Source: a virus
Lineage: Duplodnaviria > Caudoviricetes
IMG/VR virus record: IMGVR_UViG_3300010362_000057
Coordinates: 1 to 35,088 of that record
Length of the DNA stretch: 35,088 nt
Direction: 5' to 3' (one strand)
In this document: positions 10,263 through 19,818 of the stretch, piece by piece
Numbering within the stretch: the stretch's first letter is position 1
Layout: the number at the start of each line of letters is the position of its first letter
Program-made: the position numbers and the translations under genes
The notes under the pieces: generated by a model
Told to the model about the DNA's origin: nothing
The model's input: only the letters and a program-made list of their open reading frames with translations
Database searches by the model: none

Positions 10263-10687
10263 TACCAGAGTCCTGCGCCTTGGCCGGCGGTGTAGGTCTT
10301 GCCGGCTCCGGTGAGTAGGCTAGTGCCTGCGCCGATATAGCTGCTCGCCTTGGCCTGCTCGCCGGCGTACTTCTCTTGTTGGCTCTCGGTCGCGCCCTTC
10401 CACAAAACGAGTCGCTTGGCGAGGGCGCCTTGCGTCGCCTCGTCGGCGACAACCTCAAGCGGTGATCCGGTGCCAACGTCAACGCCGCTCGCGGCGTAGG
10501 CGGCTTTGGTCTCGGCGATCTTGCGGCGCCAATCCTGCTCCACCTGGGCGCCGCTCGCGGCGGCCTGCATGCGAGCAAGCTTGGCGTTGTAGGCCGCGGC
10601 GTTGGCCTGGGCCTGTCCCGCGGCGAGGGTGCCGGCGGCGCTGATAACCGCGGTGGCGGCGATCATGGCGACGGGTAGGACGGCCAT
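10262..10687 (-). CDS. Small ejection protein (T7 gp14-like)
   Basis: Starts [35 protein letters not shown] and contains [13 protein letters not shown]; start trimmed from ORF 10262..11011. Confidence 0.75.
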   Translation of the reverse strand: MAVLPVAMIAATAVISAAGTLAAGQAQANAAAYNAKLARMQAAASGAQVEQDWRRKIAETKAAYAASGVDVGTGSPLEVVADEATQGALAKRLVLWKGATESQQEKYAGEQAKASSYIGAGTSLLTGAGKTYTAGQGAGLW

Positions 10688-11193
10688 CACTCCTCCCTGA
10701 ATCGGACGTATAGGTGAAAGTCCGTCGCGTCCGGTCCCCATGCGATCAGGGGGCCGGCCTCGTGGTGGAATCCAAGGGCCTCCATGAACGCGACGCGCCA
10801 AAGGGCGTCGTCGCGAACAAACGCCTCGATGCGGCGAAAGGTCGGGTCGCGCTGCCGCTTGTCGATGGTGTCGCGGGCGAGTGCCAGGCCGGCGGCGATC
10901 TCGCGCGGCCGGGCGTTGCGGCTGACAAGTAGCCATGCCTCGGCGCGGCCGGGCCAGTGACAGATGAGGCCGCCGGCGCCGATGAGGTCGCCGTCGCAAA
11001 GGCAAGCCCATGACGGGCCGCCATGTAGGGCGCGGTCGGCGAACGGCTCGCCGGTCGCCATTTCGCTCGTGAGGGGGTCGCGCTCAAGCTCCACGGCGAT
11101 GTCGAGGATGGGGCGCGTCAACGGGACAAGCCGCGCCTCCGGGCGCGCGCGCGCGCTGCGGCCGATGATGAGGCGCAAAGCCGGGCGGGTCAT
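10687..11193 (-). CDS. GNAT-like protein in the T7 gp13 position
   Basis: LIGAGG...W.GRAEAWLL...RRIEAFV...FMEALGF..E; lies between tail tubular B and the first ejection protein; ATGA overlap. Confidence 0.7.
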   Translation of the reverse strand: MTRPALRLIIGRSARARPEARLVPLTRPILDIAVELERDPLTSEMATGEPFADRALHGGPSWACLCDGDLIGAGGLICHWPGRAEAWLLVSRNARPREIAAGLALARDTIDKRQRDPTFRRIEAFVRDDALWRVAFMEALGFHHEAGPLIAWGPDATDFHLYVRFREE

Positions 11194-13601
11194 TGCGCGG
11201 GAACCTCCCCGATGTCGGCCGATATGCCGATGGCGAGAACCGTCAACGGTGTCGGGTGGTCGGTCTGCATAATGACTTGTCCCTCGCGGTCGTAGCCGCC
11301 GGGGAAGTTGACTCGGCGGATGCCGCTGAAAAGCGGCGGCGGCCATCCGATAGGAACGCCGGCGCTGCGCGACTCCAATGGCTCTAGGATTTCCTCGATG
11401 CCGTCGGTCATGTCGTCGGTGACGCGCGCGCCGTAGTCGCATGCGACGGTGTTGTTGAATCGGATGAAAAGCGTGTCGATGCGTTTGATGCGGCCGGCCG
11501 CCGACACAATCGGCGACCGCAACGGCTCGAACGGCATGCTCACAACGCGCGACAAGTAGGGGAGTCCGACGGTCACAAAGGCGGCGGCCGGGTCAAGCGT
11601 GACGGTGCCGGGCGCGACAACGGTTTGCCTTCCGTAGTTGGCGCCGTCGCCGCATACCGCAACGGTCTCGTTGAGCAAGTGGCCGAGTCCGGTGACGGTC
11701 GTAACCGGCGGGGCGTAGTTCCAGGCGCCGGACAAGGCGGGGCCGGCCTGCCGCGCGTTCTTCACATAGTCGCCGGTGACAACGGTGGGGCTGGTGTAGC
11801 CGGTCACTTTCACAACGCCGCCGTTGTAAAGGATGATGGCGCCGACGCTGCCGGCGGAAAAGAACGCGCCCGATGCGGTGAACGTCTGATTGAGGCCGCT
11901 GCGGTTCGGGCATGACAGAATGAACGCCGGCGATTGAACGGGCGTGGCGAGGCCGCAATCAACAAACCATGCCTGCTCTTGCTGCATGAGCATGGGGTCG
12001 AAGTAGCGGGTGAGGATTTCAATGGTGCGTTTGAGGGCGCCGTTGACGACTCGCAAAACCGCAAGCCAAAGCTGGTCGTAGCTGCCGTCGGGCGACGGTA
12101 TGCAGGCCAAGCTTTCGATGAACGGCGTCCCGCCGTACAAGCTCCCGCCTAGCTCGTGGCGGTGCCACGCGACAACCTTTTCCTCGGCTAGATAGGTGAA
12201 CGCGACAAGGTAGCCGTCGGTGCGGCGCGCCCAAAGAATCCCGTAGGGGCTGCGCTGGTAGGCGGTCTCAACGATTCCCGGCTTGGGTAGGTGTTCGCTG
12301 ATAACGGCGAGGTCGGGGCCGCTGTAGCCGTTGACGGTCCACTCGAATGTCCACTCGTGTAGCTTCAAGCCGGGGCCGTTCACGAATAGCAGGGATTTGC
12401 CGACTCGAACCGGCTGCGAGGTCTTGGCGCTCGTTAGCTGCGTCTCGCGGTAAACCTCGATGCTCGTGGGCGTGACTGAGGTATTGCCGGACGCCGATTG
12501 TAGAACGTCCTCGCCGCCGCCGGTGCCGATGCCAAGCTGCGCCTGCTGCGCGCTGCCGGCGGCGTTAAGCCAATAGATCGGATTCACTTGGTCGTCGCTG
12601 ATGATGAATTCGTAGCCGTCGGTGGCGACAACGGCGCCATCCCACTCGGTCGGCGGGAAGCTCTCGAAATCGCCGACAACGCTTCCCCATATGCCGTTGG
12701 GTACTTGGTCGGTCCCTCCGAGAACAAGCCGCTCCTGAAAGAACGTCCCGCAATAGGGATAGCCGGTCGTCGCGGAAAACCGTCCTAGGCGCCAGTTGTT
12801 GCTTGCGGTCGTGCCGTCGAGGGTGCCGGGCCTGATGCCGGTAGTGTCGTCCGGCTTGCCGGACTGGGGCATAACGTCGGCCTTAACATGGGTGGCGTCA
12901 ACGTAGTTGGTGATCTTCATGTAGCCGTAGCTGGCGCCGACGGTCGTTCCCGCGGTCCCGCCCGGCTTGATTTTCGAGGAATAGCGGATGAGGCGGCCAA
13001 CGTCGCTCGCCATGAATCCGACGCCGTTGTTGATGCCGGCGATGCCGCTCGCGGTGACGGTCACATTCCCGGTGTTCGCCGACGGCTGTAGCGTCGTCGG
13101 GCTGATGTCTACGGGCATGTAGGGGCCGTCTTTGAAGTTGATGGGCGTGTAAGCCCATACCGTGTGTGAGGCGCGCGTTAGCTTCGCCGTCGGATACTTC
13201 CCATGAAACAAGTAAAGCGTGTCGGCCGATTGCACATATTTGAGCATCGGCAAGTCGGCCGTGGCGTAGGGCGTGGCGATGAGGACTTGTCCGCCGGGGC
13301 CGCTGCCGCCTAGGACGGGCGCGCCGTTCATGAAAACGCGAATCGTCGCGTTCCCGAATTCCAGCATGTAGGCTTGAACCGTCGAGAACACGAAAGGGAT
13401 GAGGCGCGGCGGGTTGGCTTGGTCGTAGGTGTCGGCGCTGTATTGCGTCCCCGGCCGGCGCGTCCATCCGCCTTGCGGCAGAACAATCGCGTTCTGCATG
13501 CGCTCGTTGCCGATGAAATATTTCTCGTGGTCCGTCCGCCCCTTCATGCGGGGCGAAAGCTCGCCGGCGGCGAAGCTGCTGACCTGAATATCGGCGCGCA
13601 T
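11190..13601 (-). CDS. Tail tubular protein B (nozzle, T7 gp12-like)
   Basis: 803 aa; N-terminal SFAAGELSP.M.GR.D...N.IV.PQGG..RRPGT motif; FFQERLV; C-terminal PTPLTVLAI. Confidence 0.9.
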   Translation of the reverse strand: MRADIQVSSFAAGELSPRMKGRTDHEKYFIGNERMQNAIVLPQGGWTRRPGTQYSADTYDQANPPRLIPFVFSTVQAYMLEFGNATIRVFMNGAPVLGGSGPGGQVLIATPYATADLPMLKYVQSADTLYLFHGKYPTAKLTRASHTVWAYTPINFKDGPYMPVDISPTTLQPSANTGNVTVTASGIAGINNGVGFMASDVGRLIRYSSKIKPGGTAGTTVGASYGYMKITNYVDATHVKADVMPQSGKPDDTTGIRPGTLDGTTASNNWRLGRFSATTGYPYCGTFFQERLVLGGTDQVPNGIWGSVVGDFESFPPTEWDGAVVATDGYEFIISDDQVNPIYWLNAAGSAQQAQLGIGTGGGEDVLQSASGNTSVTPTSIEVYRETQLTSAKTSQPVRVGKSLLFVNGPGLKLHEWTFEWTVNGYSGPDLAVISEHLPKPGIVETAYQRSPYGILWARRTDGYLVAFTYLAEEKVVAWHRHELGGSLYGGTPFIESLACIPSPDGSYDQLWLAVLRVVNGALKRTIEILTRYFDPMLMQQEQAWFVDCGLATPVQSPAFILSCPNRSGLNQTFTASGAFFSAGSVGAIILYNGGVVKVTGYTSPTVVTGDYVKNARQAGPALSGAWNYAPPVTTVTGLGHLLNETVAVCGDGANYGRQTVVAPGTVTLDPAAAFVTVGLPYLSRVVSMPFEPLRSPIVSAAGRIKRIDTLFIRFNNTVACDYGARVTDDMTDGIEEILEPLESRSAGVPIGWPPPLFSGIRRVNFPGGYDREGQVIMQTDHPTPLTVLAIGISADIGEVPAQ

Positions 13602-13603
13602 TG

Positions 13604-14176
13604 CTAGAACCGCGCTCTAAGCCATATGTCTACGTCCCACGGCTTCGGACTGTTTTCCTGTCCGGCGATGGTGCGCGCGTCGCCCATCTTGTCCTGTAGC
13701 TTGCGCTGCATTAGCTGCAATTTCGTGCTGCTCTGCGTCAACGGCTCGCATAGCTCGGTCGCCAGCGAATAGGCGATGGCGTGAACAAGCAACGGGTCGA
13801 ATTTGGTGGTGTCCTGCAAATCCCAAATGTAGGCGGCGAAAAACGCCGGGCCGTCGTTGGTCTGCAAGGTGTCGCCGACAATATCCCAACGGGCGAGTTC
13901 GTCGCCGGGCGAGTCCACCATGCGCAAGAAATCGGCGGGCAAGAGATAGGCGTAGTTGTAGCGGCCATCGGTCGGGCCGGTCGCCGGCGCAAAGCTCGCG
14001 GACTTGCGCGCGCAATTCCAGGGATGCGACCGTAGGACGGCGCGCCTCACGTCGTCGTAGCGCGCGCGGCAAAGGATGGCGCGCTTAACCGGGTCGGTGA
14101 GGGCGGTGATTGTCGTCTCGCCCAAAGCGGTGAGGGCGATGTTGCAGATTGAAACCGGACTATCGCCAGCGGCCAT
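13604..14176 (-). CDS. Tail tubular protein A (adaptor, T7 gp11-like)
   Basis: ICNIALTALG...YDDVRRAVLRSHPWNCA...YAYLLPADFLR...FDPLLV.AIAY.LA motifs. Confidence 0.9.
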   Translation of the reverse strand: MAAGDSPVSICNIALTALGETTITALTDPVKRAILCRARYDDVRRAVLRSHPWNCARKSASFAPATGPTDGRYNYAYLLPADFLRMVDSPGDELARWDIVGDTLQTNDGPAFFAAYIWDLQDTTKFDPLLVHAIAYSLATELCEPLTQSSTKLQLMQRKLQDKMGDARTIAGQENSPKPWDVDIWLRARF

Positions 14177-14180
14177 GTCG

Positions 14181-14216
14181 AAAAAAGGCGGCCGGCCGCG
14201 GCAAGGGCCGGCCGCC
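14181..14216 (-). terminator. Intrinsic terminator after the capsid/decoration genes
   Basis: 11-bp stem 14187-14197/14206-14216 followed by U6 on the minus strand; position analogous to T7 Tphi. Confidence 0.8.
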
Positions 14217-14224
14217 TCCCCCTT

Positions 14225-14701
14225 TTAGTCGATGGTGTAGTAGGTCACGACTCGCAAGTTGCCGGCGCCCGGCAAGGCGGCGGCGCCGGTGGTCATGATG
14301 ATGTCCTCGTAACCCTTGTCGGTTCTCCCGTTGTCGCTGTCGTAGCCGGTGACAATGGGGACGCCGTAGGTCGCCGCGGCGGCGAATTTGGTGAGGGCCG
14401 CGGCCGGCGCGGCGGCGGCGCCGAATTTGGCGTCGTCGTTGTAGTCGCCAAACTTCAAGGTGGCCGCGCCAAGTGTCACGTCGGCAAGGGCCTCGATGCC
14501 TAGCAACGCCGCGCCGACGGGTAGGCGCGCGACGCCGATCTTGGCGCCGGACGCCTGGGCGGCGAGGGGAACGGTTTCGATCTGTGCGCGGACTCGGCCG
14601 CCGTTGAGCGTCACGGACGGCAAGCTTTGAATGTTGCCGCTCGCGTTGCTTTTCAGCATCGCCATAACCGTGCCGTTTGATGTGGTAGCTCCGCCTGCCA
14701 T
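14225..14701 (-). CDS. Capsid decoration/cement protein (Bbp16-like position)
   Basis: 158 aa beta-rich protein directly after the capsid gene (ARLPVGA.LLG...G.LRVV..Y..D); AAGGAG RBS. Confidence 0.65.
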   Translation of the reverse strand: MAGGATTSNGTVMAMLKSNASGNIQSLPSVTLNGGRVRAQIETVPLAAQASGAKIGVARLPVGAALLGIEALADVTLGAATLKFGDYNDDAKFGAAAAPAAALTKFAAAATYGVPIVTGYDSDNGRTDKGYEDIIMTTGAAALPGAGNLRVVTYYTID

Positions 14702-14744
14702 AGCTATCTCCTTTCGTGTGCTGGCGTTGGTGCGACGATCACGG

Positions 14745-15668
14745 CTACGGCTCGGTGCATTTGATCTCGCACATTTTCACTTCTTCGAGTCGCGCCGCGC
14801 CGATGCTCATGGCGGCGTAGACGTAGATGGAAAAGCTCTTGTCGGCGCGCTCGGTGATCCGCGTCCAAATGTCCTTTGCGACGCCTAAGCCCATCGCCGA
14901 ACGGCGATAGGCGGCCACGCGCCGATAGCCGTTCGAGTCGAGGTCGAGTCGCTCGGTGCGAATCCAGGTGAACCCTAGGAATGTATTGATTTGCCCTTCT
15001 ACGAGGGCCTTAACGCTGTTGTAGTCGGCGCTCGTGGCCTCGGTCGTCGCCAGCATGTTGCCGATCTGCTTTGAGGAACACACCATGTAGCGTTCCTCGT
15101 TCTCGTCGCCTTCGGCGGCGTCCAGGGCGATCTTGGCGCTAATCACCTTGGAAATCGTCATGCCAACGTTGCCGCTGCCGTTGCCGTAGCTCCAGTCGTT
15201 GACGGCGATCACGGTCCCGCCGCGCTGCGGCGGGTTGCTCTCGGTGTCGCCCAACGGCCAGTTGACGGCGATGCTCCCGGTCTTGCCGGTGTAGGCGGTA
15301 GCAAAGTAGGCGGCGATGATCTCGTCGTCATAGCCGCGGGCCATCGCATAGCCGGCGTTGCGGGCGTAGTTGCTCTCGGGGTCGATGAGGGTGCGAACCT
15401 TGTCCTCTTGGTCGATGAGGTCGCCCCATTCGTAGTCGTAGGGGGCGACGCGCCGGCGTAGGTGCTGCGAGTTGACAATCGGCGAGTCGCCGTGGCGCTG
15501 CGTTCGCTTCTTCGCCGCGGTCGGGGCCAGTTGGTCGAGAAAGGCGCTCTCGCCGGTGATCCCCTGCTCGTCCACTGTCTTGCGGAGTCGCGTTTCCTGC
15601 TGCTGTGCGATGAACCGCACATTGCCGCCAAACTGCTCCACAAAGGCGGTCTCAATCGTGAATGACAT
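14745..15668 (-). CDS. Major capsid protein
   Basis: 307 aa, FVEQF..NV...AQQ..RLR...ALV.G.INTFLGF.WI...GAARLEE; follows the scaffold gene. Confidence 0.9.
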   Translation of the reverse strand: MSFTIETAFVEQFGGNVRFIAQQQETRLRKTVDEQGITGESAFLDQLAPTAAKKRTQRHGDSPIVNSQHLRRRVAPYDYEWGDLIDQEDKVRTLIDPESNYARNAGYAMARGYDDEIIAAYFATAYTGKTGSIAVNWPLGDTESNPPQRGGTVIAVNDWSYGNGSGNVGMTISKVISAKIALDAAEGDENEERYMVCSSKQIGNMLATTEATSADYNSVKALVEGQINTFLGFTWIRTERLDLDSNGYRRVAAYRRSAMGLGVAKDIWTRITERADKSFSIYVYAAMSIGAARLEEVKMCEIKCTEP

Positions 15669-15675
15669 ATCAATC

Positions 15676-15872
15676 TCCCGACAAAGCCGCCGGGTTCCAA
15701 CCGGCGGTGTTGCATGGGCTTGCGCCCGGTTTTGTCGGAATTTCGCTACCCGGCCCTATCCTCGCGGATTACGCCGGACGGTTCCTCGCGCTTACGCCGC
15801 CCGCTCGGCGGTTCCTTTGGCCGGACCAATCACTTGCGATTTGCAAGTGATCTAGCTCCCCGGCCCTCGGGA
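15676..15872 (-). ncRNA. Structured leader of the capsid mRNA
   Basis: Minus-strand GNRA-capped hairpins GGGC-GCAA-GCCC and AUCC-GCGA-GGAU, plus a stem UUCCGACAAA/UUUGUCGGGA covering the RBS. Confidence 0.5.
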
Positions 15873-15880
15873 ATGTCGTC

Positions 15881-16798
15881 CTAGCTCGCCTTCTTCGGAT
15901 GGGCGATTTCGTAGAGTCCTGTCATGATCTGGCGCGCCTCGGCGTGTCCCGGCTCTTGCCGGTGCATGTATTGCTTCATGAATACCGGGTCGCGCTGCCT
16001 CGCGGCGATCTCCTGCAAAGCCTCGGTCGGCGACTTGCTGAGTCCGCCTGGGCCGGCCTTGCCGATAACGCCGTCCTCTACCAATGCCTTTCCCAAATGG
16101 GAAAAGAGAACCACCATTGACGGATGGTTGCCGAGTCCGGTGTCCTCCAGATGCTTCACAAGCTCGGCGCCGCGTTTCTCGCCTAGTGCCTCTTTGCAGT
16201 AGTGGCCGAGTCCGCGGTGCGCCAAATCGACTCGCTCGTTGTAGGCCGCGCCCCATTCCGTTTTTAGCGCGGCCTCGCCGTCGGTGACGGCCTTGGCGCT
16301 CGTGATCCCGTTGGCCTGGAATCGTTGACCGCTAAGCTCGTTCCACCATGCGTATAGGTCGGCGGCCTGCTTGTTGCTTAGGCCGATCTCGTGGGCCTTC
16401 GCGGTGAATCCCTTCTGTAGCTCGGCGTCAACCGCCATCCCCTCGGGTAGCTTGGCCTCGCCTAGCTCGTACTTGTCGGCCGCGGCCGGGCGGCCAAGGG
16501 CGGTGTGAAGCTTCTCCCAACCGGCTTTGTCGTCGGCCGCGGGGACGCTGAACAAGCTGCGCGGGTCGCGCCCTACCATCTTCGCCGCGTGGTGGTAGCT
16601 CTTGGCGAGGCCGGCGAGGTCTTTGATGTCATAGAAAACCGCGTCGCCCCTGATGTCCTCGGGCAAGCTGTCGGCAAACTTCGCCGGCGCCGCCGCCGGC
16701 GCGGGCGCCGCGGCCGGTGCCGCTGCGGGTGCTGCCGCGGGCGCGGCGGCCGGTGCTGCGGCCGGTGCTGCGGCGGGTGCTGCTGCTGGCTCTGCCAT
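15881..16798 (-). CDS. Head scaffolding protein
   Basis: Between portal and capsid; LAKSY..A.K.VG, LGRP...Y, A...GLS.KQA and LK.EWG.AY motifs; PAAA-repeat N-terminus. Confidence 0.85.
   Translation of the reverse strand: MAEPAAAPAAAPAAAPAAAPAAAPAAAPAAAPAPAAAPAKFADSLPEDIRGDAVFYDIKDLAGLAKSYHHAAKMVGRDPRSLFSVPAADDKAGWEKLHTALGRPAAADKYELGEAKLPEGMAVDAELQKGFTAKAHEIGLSNKQAADLYAWWNELSGQRFQANGITSAKAVTDGEAALKTEWGAAYNERVDLAHRGLGHYCKEALGEKRGAELVKHLEDTGLGNHPSMVVLFSHLGKALVEDGVIGKAGPGGLSKSPTEALQEIAARQRDPVFMKQYMHRQEPGHAEARQIMTGLYEIAHPKKAS
16685..16790 (-). repeat. Degenerate 12-bp coding repeat (PAAA, about 8 copies) in the scaffold N-terminus
   Basis: Seen in the translation; third codon positions vary between copies. 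Confidence 0.8.
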
Positions 16799-16951
16799 TT
16801 ACTTCCCCTTGGCCTTGGCCGGCTTGCGCGGCCTATCGACTCCGGTGATCGTTCCCTTGTTGCGGGACGCATAGAAAACCTCCTCGGCGCGCGGGCCGTA
16901 CTGCTCGCGCATGGCCGTTAGGATGGTTTTCCCTTTCGTGGTGAGGGGCAT
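16799..16951 (-). CDS. Small basic hypothetical protein (50 aa)
   Basis: MPLTTKGKTILTAMREQYGPRAEEVFYASRNKGTITGVD...; TAATG overlap with the upstream gene and a GGAGG RBS. Confidence 0.7.
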   Translation of the reverse strand: MPLTTKGKTILTAMREQYGPRAEEVFYASRNKGTITGVDRPRKPAKAKGK

Positions 16952-17256
16952 TAGGCGGCCTCCTCGTTCTCGTCTTGGCCGATGTGCAATACCTCGGAAC
17001 GCTCCCGCGCCGCGCGCGCGATGTCGGACTCGCTCCATTGAAGCTCGGCGAGAATGTCGAGGACAACGGAACGGCGGCCCTCTTTGAAATGGGTCATGCC
17101 GGCGTCGCCCTCGATAACCGACGTTTCGAGTATGCCGGCCCTCTGCATGAGGTCGTGTAGGACTCGCTCGCCCTCGGGCGAATCGAAAACGGCGCGGTAG
17201 CTGGCGTTGATTGCCAACCGCGGCAGAAACTTTCGGATGAGGTCGGTCACGGCCAT
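16951..17256 (-). CDS. Bbp19-like phage protein (101 aa)
   Basis: YRAVFDSPEGERVLHDL...F.EGRRSVVL.I motif and position between portal and scaffold; start trimmed to MAVTDL. Confidence 0.75.
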   Translation of the reverse strand: MAVTDLIRKFLPRLAINASYRAVFDSPEGERVLHDLMQRAGILETSVIEGDAGMTHFKEGRRSVVLDILAELQWSESDIARAARERSEVLHIGQDENEEAA

Positions 17257-17348
17257 AGCAGTATCGCGAGTCCGATGATGCTCGCCCAAATTGCGGCGCC
17301 CCATGCGAGTTGTTCCCATGTCAGGGTCATGGTGGGCTTGTCTCGCAT
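17247..17348 (-). CDS. 33-aa putative membrane peptide
   Basis: My translation: MRDKPTMTLTWEQLAWGAAIWASIIGLAILLWP. It fills the gap in the operon and has GAGGGG upstream; below the ORF-track size cutoff. Confidence 0.5.
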   Translation of the reverse strand: MRDKPTMTLTWEQLAWGAAIWASIIGLAILLWP

Positions 17349-17366
17349 GGGGCGCGCCCCTCGAAC

Positions 17367-17720
17367 CTACGCCGCCGCGGCGCCGGCGGTCGTGTCCTCG
17401 CCGCCGCCGGCCGCGGTGTCCTCGCCGCCGCCCGCTGCCGTGTCCTCGCCGCCGCCCGGCGTCGTGTCCTCGCCCTTCTGTTCCTTGGCGATGTCGTCGA
17501 GGTCTTTGGCGATCTTCGCGCCAAGGGCGTCGGCCTGATTCTTGATCCCGGCCACGGCCGATTCGACAATCGGCTTGACCTTCTCGGGGTCTTGGTTGTC
17601 CACAACAAGCAAGCTGTTCTGCCGCGCCCATTCGCCGCGGAACGCGCGAACCGACGCCTCCAGGCCGGCCATAAGCTGCTCGGTGTCGAACGCTCGCTGT
17701 GTCGCCTTCGCAATGTCCAT
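17367..17720 (-). CDS. Hypothetical protein with an acidic GGGEDT-repeat tail
   Basis: 117 aa, GGAGG RBS; four GEDT units at 24-bp spacing (about 17392-17474). Confidence 0.7.
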   Translation of the reverse strand: MDIAKATQRAFDTEQLMAGLEASVRAFRGEWARQNSLLVVDNQDPEKVKPIVESAVAGIKNQADALGAKIAKDLDDIAKEQKGEDTTPGGGEDTAAGGGEDTAAGGGEDTTAGAAAA

Positions 17721-17739
17721 CGTCGGGCCTCCCTCGGGG

Positions 17740-18114
17740 TTAGACGGCTTTCAAGAACGCGCGCAAGAATTCCCGATACTCGGGTGTTCGGATGCGAACC
17801 GGCTCCGTGAAAGCGTGGTCGAAGTCCGGTTTGAATTCGTCGTCGCGGGCATGGCGCGCCATGCGCTCGATGCGCGCCTTTTCGTAGCCGCTGAGATATT
17901 CGCCGACGGCGAACGACTCGCGGTGGGTGTCGCAGTAGTGAAGCGTGGTCATGATCCTGATGGGTTCGCCGGCCGTCGGGTCGGTCGGCGGTATCACAAT
18001 GCGCGGCGCCCATGTCGGCGCAATGCCGCAACGGAAAATGTTGTCGGCGCCGTAGCCGTCGCATTTCATCCCTAGGATGAGATTGTTGACGGCGTACTGC
18101 TCGCGCAAAAGCAT
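17740..18114 (-). CDS. Hypothetical protein, possible Zn-binding
   Basis: 124 aa, abuts the portal stop; CDG...CG and HYCDTH. Confidence 0.65.
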   Translation of the reverse strand: MLLREQYAVNNLILGMKCDGYGADNIFRCGIAPTWAPRIVIPPTDPTAGEPIRIMTTLHYCDTHRESFAVGEYLSGYEKARIERMARHARDDEFKPDFDHAFTEPVRIRTPEYREFLRAFLKAV

Positions 18115-19815
18115 CTAGGCGGCCTCCGCAATCTGCTGCGCCTGGGCGATGTTCTTGACGGCGCCGCTCGCGTCCTTCGCGCTGCCGGCCATGCTCTCGG
18201 CGCTCGCATGCTCCAACATGGCCTGTTGCGCCTGGGCGGCCTGCTGCTGCTCGGCCTGAACCTGCTCGGGCGACTTGACGATTGACGGCGGGGTGTTGAG
18301 TAGCTTGGCGCCGACGCGAACAACGGCCTCGGTGTTGATAACGGCGCCGGCCTGCGGGTTGATGGGTAGGACTCCCTGCGTCAATTGCAGGAGTCGCATG
18401 ATGTTTTCCATTTCGCTCGATTTCTGAGCGATGGCGATGGGCGACACATACTCAACGTGTAGGTTGACGCCGCTAAGCTCGGGCGGCGGCGGCAGTAGCG
18501 GCGCGCCCGGCCGGAATCCCATCGCCGCCGATTGCCGATACATGATGGCGAAAACGCGGTCGATCAACGGCGACAAAAACTCGGACTGTAGGCGAGCAAG
18601 CATCGGCGACAACAAGCGCATTTTCTCGTCGCGCTGCTGTAGAACGTAGGTCGCCGTGACTCCCTTGCCGGCGCTCGCCGGATCGGCCGGGTCGCTCGGC
18701 ATCATCATGAATTCGACATAGAACGTTCTGATGATCTGCTGCCGTAGCTGCTGAATCAATTCCTCGCCAACCGGGATGTTGCCCTTGGTCTCGATGGGAA
18801 AGATTCGGTCGGTCTGCGGCAGGCCGCGCCGGTAAACGTTCCATGATCCCGGCTCGGTCTTAATCGGCAGGATGAAACCGTTGTCGGGAACCTGTAGCGG
18901 CGGGTCAACAATCTTCTGCGCCGCCTTCAAAACGGTTTGCATCATGGCGTTGAGCATCTTCACGTCGGGCAACGCCATCATGCCGGGGCCGCGGCCATAG
19001 ATTTCGCCGGTGATCTTGCTGAACCGCGGGACCATGTAGGGAAACTCGGGAAAGCCGCCGACGCTGATTTCCTCGATGTCCTCAACCGAAAGGTAGACCG
19101 ACTCGAATGGCATGTGGCGCGCCTCGCGCCGACGGTCGGGGTTGTAGTTGAGGCGAGGGCGGACACAATGGATAAACTCGAAAAGCCGGTCGGGCGTTTT
19201 CTCCAGGGCCTTGCCTACCTTGGTGCCGGGGCCGTAGGGATTGAGCGGGCCTTTCGGCCACGCCTCGGCGGCCTGCTTTGCGGTGAACGTCCAACGGCGA
19301 ATGAGGGTGTCGATTCGATCTTCCTCATTCTCGGCGACAACGCACTCTTTCAAGTGCCGGGTTGAAAATAAGATCCCGCTCCTACGGCTCTCTAGCACGG
19401 CCATAACGGCGGTGCCGATTGATCCGATGTCTAGGTAAAGCTCGTTGCTCTGCGATGCGAAGTTGTGGCGCGGGCCGTTGAATATCGCATACATGCGTTC
19501 GGTCGTGTCCTCTAGCCACAACCGGACTCGGTCGATCATGTTGAGATATTCGTTGTCGCTTCGCAGGGAAAACCATCGCAAGCTCGGCGAGGTCAAGAGT
19601 GAGTGCAGGCCGGCGGCGAATTGCTCAAGGGCGAGGATGGGCGTCGCGTCAAAAATCTTCTGCATGCGCTTGGCGCCGGCGGAACGCTGAACAACGTAGT
19701 CGCTGCGCTCGGGCAACATGAAATCGGCGACCTGTTGCCAATGGGTCTCGAACGTCCCGCGGTCGCCCTTCAATCTATCCCAACGGCGAATGATCTCTTT
19801 GGCGAGGTCGGCCAT
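18115..19815 (-). CDS. Portal protein (head-tail connector)
   Basis: 566 aa; IFDAT...A.GL.S.LT.P...WF, E.YGRGP.M.ALPD.K.LN, K.VDPP, TAT.V..R.EK and VEY.SP motifs. Confidence 0.92.
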   Translation of the reverse strand: MADLAKEIIRRWDRLKGDRGTFETHWQQVADFMLPERSDYVVQRSAGAKRMQKIFDATPILALEQFAAGLHSLLTSPSLRWFSLRSDNEYLNMIDRVRLWLEDTTERMYAIFNGPRHNFASQSNELYLDIGSIGTAVMAVLESRRSGILFSTRHLKECVVAENEEDRIDTLIRRWTFTAKQAAEAWPKGPLNPYGPGTKVGKALEKTPDRLFEFIHCVRPRLNYNPDRRREARHMPFESVYLSVEDIEEISVGGFPEFPYMVPRFSKITGEIYGRGPGMMALPDVKMLNAMMQTVLKAAQKIVDPPLQVPDNGFILPIKTEPGSWNVYRRGLPQTDRIFPIETKGNIPVGEELIQQLRQQIIRTFYVEFMMMPSDPADPASAGKGVTATYVLQQRDEKMRLLSPMLARLQSEFLSPLIDRVFAIMYRQSAAMGFRPGAPLLPPPPELSGVNLHVEYVSPIAIAQKSSEMENIMRLLQLTQGVLPINPQAGAVINTEAVVRVGAKLLNTPPSIVKSPEQVQAEQQQAAQAQQAMLEHASAESMAGSAKDASGAVKNIAQAQQIAEAA

Positions 19816-19818
19816 CGC

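Noticed and set aside
14745-14800. T7-style frameshift extension of the capsid protein
   Set aside because: No clear slippery sequence near the stop, and the next gene has its own strong RBS.
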